NCBI GenBank assembly: GCA_036507075.1
Contig: DASXQR010000003.1
Coordinates: 1-64,000, forward strand
Length of the DNA: 64,000 bases
From: Acidobacteriota bacterium
GTDB lineage: Bacteria; Acidobacteriota; UBA6911; JACQSX01
Direction of reading: 5' to 3'
Part shown: positions 60,344 through 64,000 of the stretch, in pieces
Numbering within the stretch: the first letter of the stretch is position 1
Layout of the letters: each line of letters starts with the position of its first letter
Program-made: the position numbers and the translations under genes
Notes under the pieces: model-generated
Databases searched by the model: none
Told to the model about the DNA's origin: nothing
What the model saw: the letters and a program-made list of their open reading frames with translations, nothing else

Positions 60344-61288
60344 TTGCTACACAAAAGCCAAACCAAGCCCGCTCTCATCTCCATTGTCGGTCCCACAGCC
60401 TCGGGAAAGTCGTCGTTGGCCCTGGAAATCGCCAAACATGTCGGTGGTGAGATCATCAGTTGCGACTCGCTGCAGGTGTATCGCGACTTGACGGTAGGAA
60501 CGGGGAAGCCTTCGGTCGCCGAGCTGTCGCGTGTGAAACATCACCTGATCGGGATCCTGAAATTGGACGAGATTTTTTCCGCCGGCGATATGCAGCAGCG
60601 CGGCCGGGGCGTGATCGAAGAACTGGCGGCAAGAGGAGTTCCAGCGGTCGTCGCGGGTGGAACCGGCTTCTACTACCGCGCTCTGCTGTATGGTTTGTCG
60701 TCCGCGCCGGCCCGGTCGCAAGCGTTGCGCCGGCGCCTCCAACACATCGCGACGCGCAGGGGTGGTGACTTTCTGGTTCGCATGCTCGAGCGCGTCGATC
60801 CGCAAAGCGCCGCCCGCATCATGCCGCGTGATCGAATGCGAATCGTGCGGGCGCTGGAGGTATTTTTCGCCAGTGGAATCCCGTTTTCCCGCTTCGCCGG
60901 CGGGCAAGACCAATGGCTGGATCAGTTTTGCTGGATCGGCTTGGGGCTGAATCCGGATCGAAAATCTCTTTATGATAAGATCAACTGTCGCGTGGAGCGG
61001 ATGTTGCGCGGAGGCTGGCTGGAAGAGGTAAGCGATCTACTGGCGCAGGGAGCAAATCCGGAATGGAAGGCCTTTGAGGCGATCGGCTACCGGCAGGTGG
61101 TTGATTATCTGCGCCAGGGGGGCGATATCGACGCTCTGGTGGAGCTCATCCGGCAGCAGACCCGCAATTACGCCAAGCGTCAGTGGACCTGGTTTCGCAG
61201 AGAGCCCGGGATCCGTTGGCTGCCCGGATTTGGAGAACAGCCCGAAATCATCGCGACAGCTCTAGAACACATTGACAGGTCACGTTGA
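60344..61288 (+). CDS. miaA: tRNA dimethylallyltransferase
   Basis: GPTASGKS, DSLQVYR, GGTGFY, RALEV, AIGY, YAKRQ.TWF. Confidence 0.95.
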   Translation: MLHKSQTKPALISIVGPTASGKSSLALEIAKHVGGEIISCDSLQVYRDLTVGTGKPSVAELSRVKHHLIGILKLDEIFSAGDMQQRGRGVIEELAARGVPAVVAGGTGFYYRALLYGLSSAPARSQALRRRLQHIATRRGGDFLVRMLERVDPQSAARIMPRDRMRIVRALEVFFASGIPFSRFAGGQDQWLDQFCWIGLGLNPDRKSLYDKINCRVERMLRGGWLEEVSDLLAQGANPEWKAFEAIGYRQVVDYLRQGGDIDALVELIRQQTRNYAKRQWTWFRREPGIRWLPGFGEQPEIIATALEHIDRSR

Positions 61289-61289
61289 A

Positions 61290-61498
61290 GAGTTCACGAG
61301 TTACGGGTTTACGGGTTTGCGAGTTACGGGTTGCGGGTTTACGGGTTGCGGTTAGCTTGTTGACTTTATTAATATTCGGAGCCCGCTTGTGGCGATACTG
61401 AACCTAAACCCGTAACTCGCAAACTCGTAACCCGCAAACTCGTAACCCGTAAACTCGTAAACCCGTAACTCGTAAACCCGTAACTCGTAAACCCGCAA
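61290..61498. repeat. Inverted 7/8-mer arrays GGGTTAC/GAGTTAC ... AACCCGT/AACTCGT
   Basis: Read directly. Confidence 0.87.
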
Positions 61499-61504
61499 CG
61501 CAAG

Positions 61505-62968
61505 ATGGTTGACTTTGAGCCCGTTATTGGTTTGGAGGTTCACGCCCAACTGCTTACGCAGTCGAAAATTTTTTGCGGCTGCAGCACGCGATTCGGCGGC
61601 GAACCAAATACTCGCACCTGTCCGGTGTGCCTGGGGCTCCCTGGCGCGCTTCCGGTGTTGAATCGCGAAGCCGTCACCATGTCCATCAAGACAGCGCTCG
61701 CTTTGAATTGCCGTCTCAATCAGCGATCCGTGTTCGCGCGCAAGAACTATTTTTATCCCGACCTTCCGAAGGGATACCAGATTTCCCAGTTTGATCTACC
61801 CCTGGCCGAGGACGGATGCGTCGAATTGCTCACCGGGGAGAGATCGGAAGCCGGAAACATCGTAAATTACAAGAAGAAAAAATTCGGCATTATCCGTCTT
61901 CACCTGGAAGAAGACGCGGGAAAATCGATTCACGACGCAGGCGATACCACTTACGTTAATCTCAATCGCAGCGGCGTTCCGTTGATCGAAATTGTTTCCC
62001 GGCCGGACTTCCGTTCTTCTCAGGAAGCATACGATTACGTCAGTTACCTGCGCCGCGTCCTTCTTTATCTTGGTGTAAGCGATGGCAACATGGAGGAAGG
62101 GAGCCTTCGCTGCGACGCAAACGTCTCGGTAAGACCGAAAGGCCGGGAAAAATTCGGGACTAAAACCGAGATCAAGAATTTGAACTCGTTCCGCTTTCTG
62201 CAAAAGGCGCTTGATTACGAGATCAAGCGGCAGGTTAGCGAAATCGAGGCCGGCAGGGACATTTCGCAGGAGACGCGCCTGTGGGACCCGGATCGCGAAC
62301 AGACATTCGTGATGCGCTCGAAGGAGGAAGCTCATGATTATCGTTATTTTCCCGAGCCGGACCTTCCCCCGCTGGAGGTCTCCGATGATTGGCTGCAGGA
62401 GGCCAGGAACTCGATTCTTGAATTGCCGGAGGCAAAAAGAGAGCGTTTTTGCGCCCGTTTCGGCTTGAGTGATGTGGATGCTCTGCTGATCTGCTCGTCC
62501 AGGGAATCTGCCGATTATTACGAAAAAGCAGCCGTCAGGAGCAAGAATCCTGGTGGAGTGGCCCGCTGGTTCATCGGAGATTTTTCCGCTCTGTTGAAGC
62601 GCGACGGCGGCGATCTCTCGCAAGTTAAGATTCGACCCGAGCACCTGGCTGAAATGGTCGAGATGATTGATTCGGGCGAGATAAGTGGAAAGATCGCGAA
62701 ACAGATTTTCGAGGAGATCTGGTCGACGGGGGAATCCCCTCAGGATGCGGCACGCCGGCTGGGTATGCGCCAGATCAGCGACAGCGCGGCGCTCGGCCAG
62801 ATCGTGGAATCCGTAATTGCATCCAATCCCGGGCAGGTTGCAGACTATCGAGCCGGCAAGACAAAGCTGCTGGCATTCTTCGTCGGCCAGGTGATGAAGG
62901 AAACCAGGGGCCAGGCGAACCCGCACTTGTTAAACGAGCTGCTGAGGAGAAAACTGGGGCAAGTCTAG
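61505..62968 (+). CDS. gatB: Asp-tRNA(Asn)/Glu-tRNA(Gln) amidotransferase subunit B
   Basis: [46 protein letters not shown]. Confidence 0.97.
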   Translation: MVDFEPVIGLEVHAQLLTQSKIFCGCSTRFGGEPNTRTCPVCLGLPGALPVLNREAVTMSIKTALALNCRLNQRSVFARKNYFYPDLPKGYQISQFDLPLAEDGCVELLTGERSEAGNIVNYKKKKFGIIRLHLEEDAGKSIHDAGDTTYVNLNRSGVPLIEIVSRPDFRSSQEAYDYVSYLRRVLLYLGVSDGNMEEGSLRCDANVSVRPKGREKFGTKTEIKNLNSFRFLQKALDYEIKRQVSEIEAGRDISQETRLWDPDREQTFVMRSKEEAHDYRYFPEPDLPPLEVSDDWLQEARNSILELPEAKRERFCARFGLSDVDALLICSSRESADYYEKAAVRSKNPGGVARWFIGDFSALLKRDGGDLSQVKIRPEHLAEMVEMIDSGEISGKIAKQIFEEIWSTGESPQDAARRLGMRQISDSAALGQIVESVIASNPGQVADYRAGKTKLLAFFVGQVMKETRGQANPHLLNELLRRKLGQV

Positions 62969-63098
62969 AAGGCGGCGGAAGGCTGGAGGCAGGAAGCAGG
63001 AGGCAGGAGGCGGAAGGCAGGAAGCAGGAGGCGGAAGGCAGGACGCAGGAGGCAGGAAGCAGGAGACTGCCTCCTGCCTCCTGCCTTCCGCTTTCCGC
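62968..63098. repeat. Heptamer hairpin GGAGGCA/GGAAGCA ... CTGCCTC
   Basis: Read directly. Confidence 0.87.
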
Positions 63099-63176
63099 GT
63101 TGTCTTTACCGGTGATTGTCTCTAAAATACGCGCGTAACCGGGGCCCGTTCACTTAACCAATAGCTAAGGAGAACC

Positions 63177-63566
63177 ATGAGCAATCCAAACTACACACCT
63201 CCGCCGCCCACTCCGCCGCCCACTACGAATCCGCCTTCGAGCGGCGACTCGAACCGTGCCATAATGGTCGTGCTCAGTTATCTTTGGCTGCTTGCGCTGA
63301 TCCCGTTGCTCGTGGAAAAGAACGACAACGAGGTGCGGTGGCATGCCAAAAATGGCTTGGTGCTGACCGCAGCGGAATTCATTGTGTGGATCGTGCTGAC
63401 GGTGGTCAGCGCCGTAGTACCCGTTCTTGGGGCGCTGGCAGGCTGTGCGGTGATGCCATTTGTCTGGCTGGGCTTCCTTATTCTCCATATCGTCGCTATG
63501 GTGAAGGGATTACAGGGAGGCCGTTTCTATATTCCAGGCCTTTCCCAGTATGCGGACAAGTTTTAA
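63177..63566 (+). CDS. DUF4870-like small membrane protein
   Basis: Pro-rich N-terminus; LSYL..L.LIPLL.EK....VRWHA..GL; AAGGAG RBS. Confidence 0.8.
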   Translation: MSNPNYTPPPPTPPPTTNPPSSGDSNRAIMVVLSYLWLLALIPLLVEKNDNEVRWHAKNGLVLTAAEFIVWIVLTVVSAVVPVLGALAGCAVMPFVWLGFLILHIVAMVKGLQGGRFYIPGLSQYADKF

Positions 63567-63888
63567 GCTGGTATTTCTGCTGTTTTTAACCGCTGTTCTG
63601 GCGGTTCATTCGGGCCTGGCTCTGAGGACGGAATTGGCAGGTTTCCGCCTCTACCAGGCCACTCTCTCGCCTGTTTTTGCGAAGACGGGAGTGATCCACT
63701 GTCGTTTTCAGCCGACCTGTTCGGCTTACGCCGACCGTGTGCTCAGAGCCAACGGTTTCTACAAGGGAAACGTCGAAATCGCGCGACGACTGGCAGCCTG
63801 TTCCCCAGCCGGTTATCTTTACGAAAAAATCACCACAAAGGCACAAAGGACACAAAGAATATTCGTGTTCTTCGTGCCTTTGTGGTGA
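63550..63888 (+). CDS. yidD: Membrane protein insertion efficiency factor YidD-like
   Basis: YQ..LSP, CRFQPTCSAY, RL..CSP. Confidence 0.72.
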   Translation: MRTSFKLVFLLFLTAVLAVHSGLALRTELAGFRLYQATLSPVFAKTGVIHCRFQPTCSAYADRVLRANGFYKGNVEIARRLAACSPAGYLYEKITTKAQRTQRIFVFFVPLW

Positions 63889-63892
63889 TTTT
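63826..63892. repeat. 9-mer-family hairpin overlapping the yidD 3' end
   Basis: AAAATCACCACAAAGGCAC ... GTGCCTTTGTGGTGATTTT. Confidence 0.85.
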
Positions 63893-64000
63893 CCCCCTTT
63901 CTAAGGACAAGGCCTCGTCGCTCCTCTCGGAACGTCAAAAAACTGTCGCTTCTGACGCTTCGAAATACTTCTTTTCTAAGAAGTTACAGGGCTCACAGAA

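Noticed and set aside
63900..64000. Possible IS end or gene end at the right edge
   Set aside because: Too little sequence; no repeat partner or ORF to support a call.

Overview
This is a 64 kb chromosomal segment of a Gram-negative bacterium, most likely Acidobacteriota (Oar-type TonB-dependent receptor; clpC-bamA-skp-lpxD-fabZ-lpxA-lpxI synteny). It holds many housekeeping genes (ilvA, mutY, typA, hbd-crt, ribH-nusB-lysS, lolCE-lolD, clpC, bamA operon, miaA, gatB). Two things stand out. (1) An 18.3 kb, 16-gene, translationally coupled minus-strand operon (8674-26978) encodes a second, largely self-contained lipid A/LOS-like pathway: extra LpxA and LpxD, plus LpxB, WaaA, LpxL-like and LpxJ/DUF374-like acyltransferases, an MsbA-like flippase, GT9, GT4 and an ArnT-like GT83. 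It also carries its own acyl-chain module (extended ACP, active FabF, a catalytically dead KS resembling a chain-length factor, FabL-type reductase) and a ParB/Srx-domain protein, but no LpxC, LpxH/I or LpxK. (2) Most of the larger intergenic gaps are filled by paired, inverted short tandem-repeat cassettes (6- to 10-mer units), REP-like palindromes and MITEs. These are often nested up to four layers deep and several have been absorbed into protein C-termini. Also seen: an IS481-like end at the left edge, an N-terminally truncated GlnD-like protein and a frameshifted TonB-like lipoprotein. All annotations come from motif recognition by eye; no database search was run.
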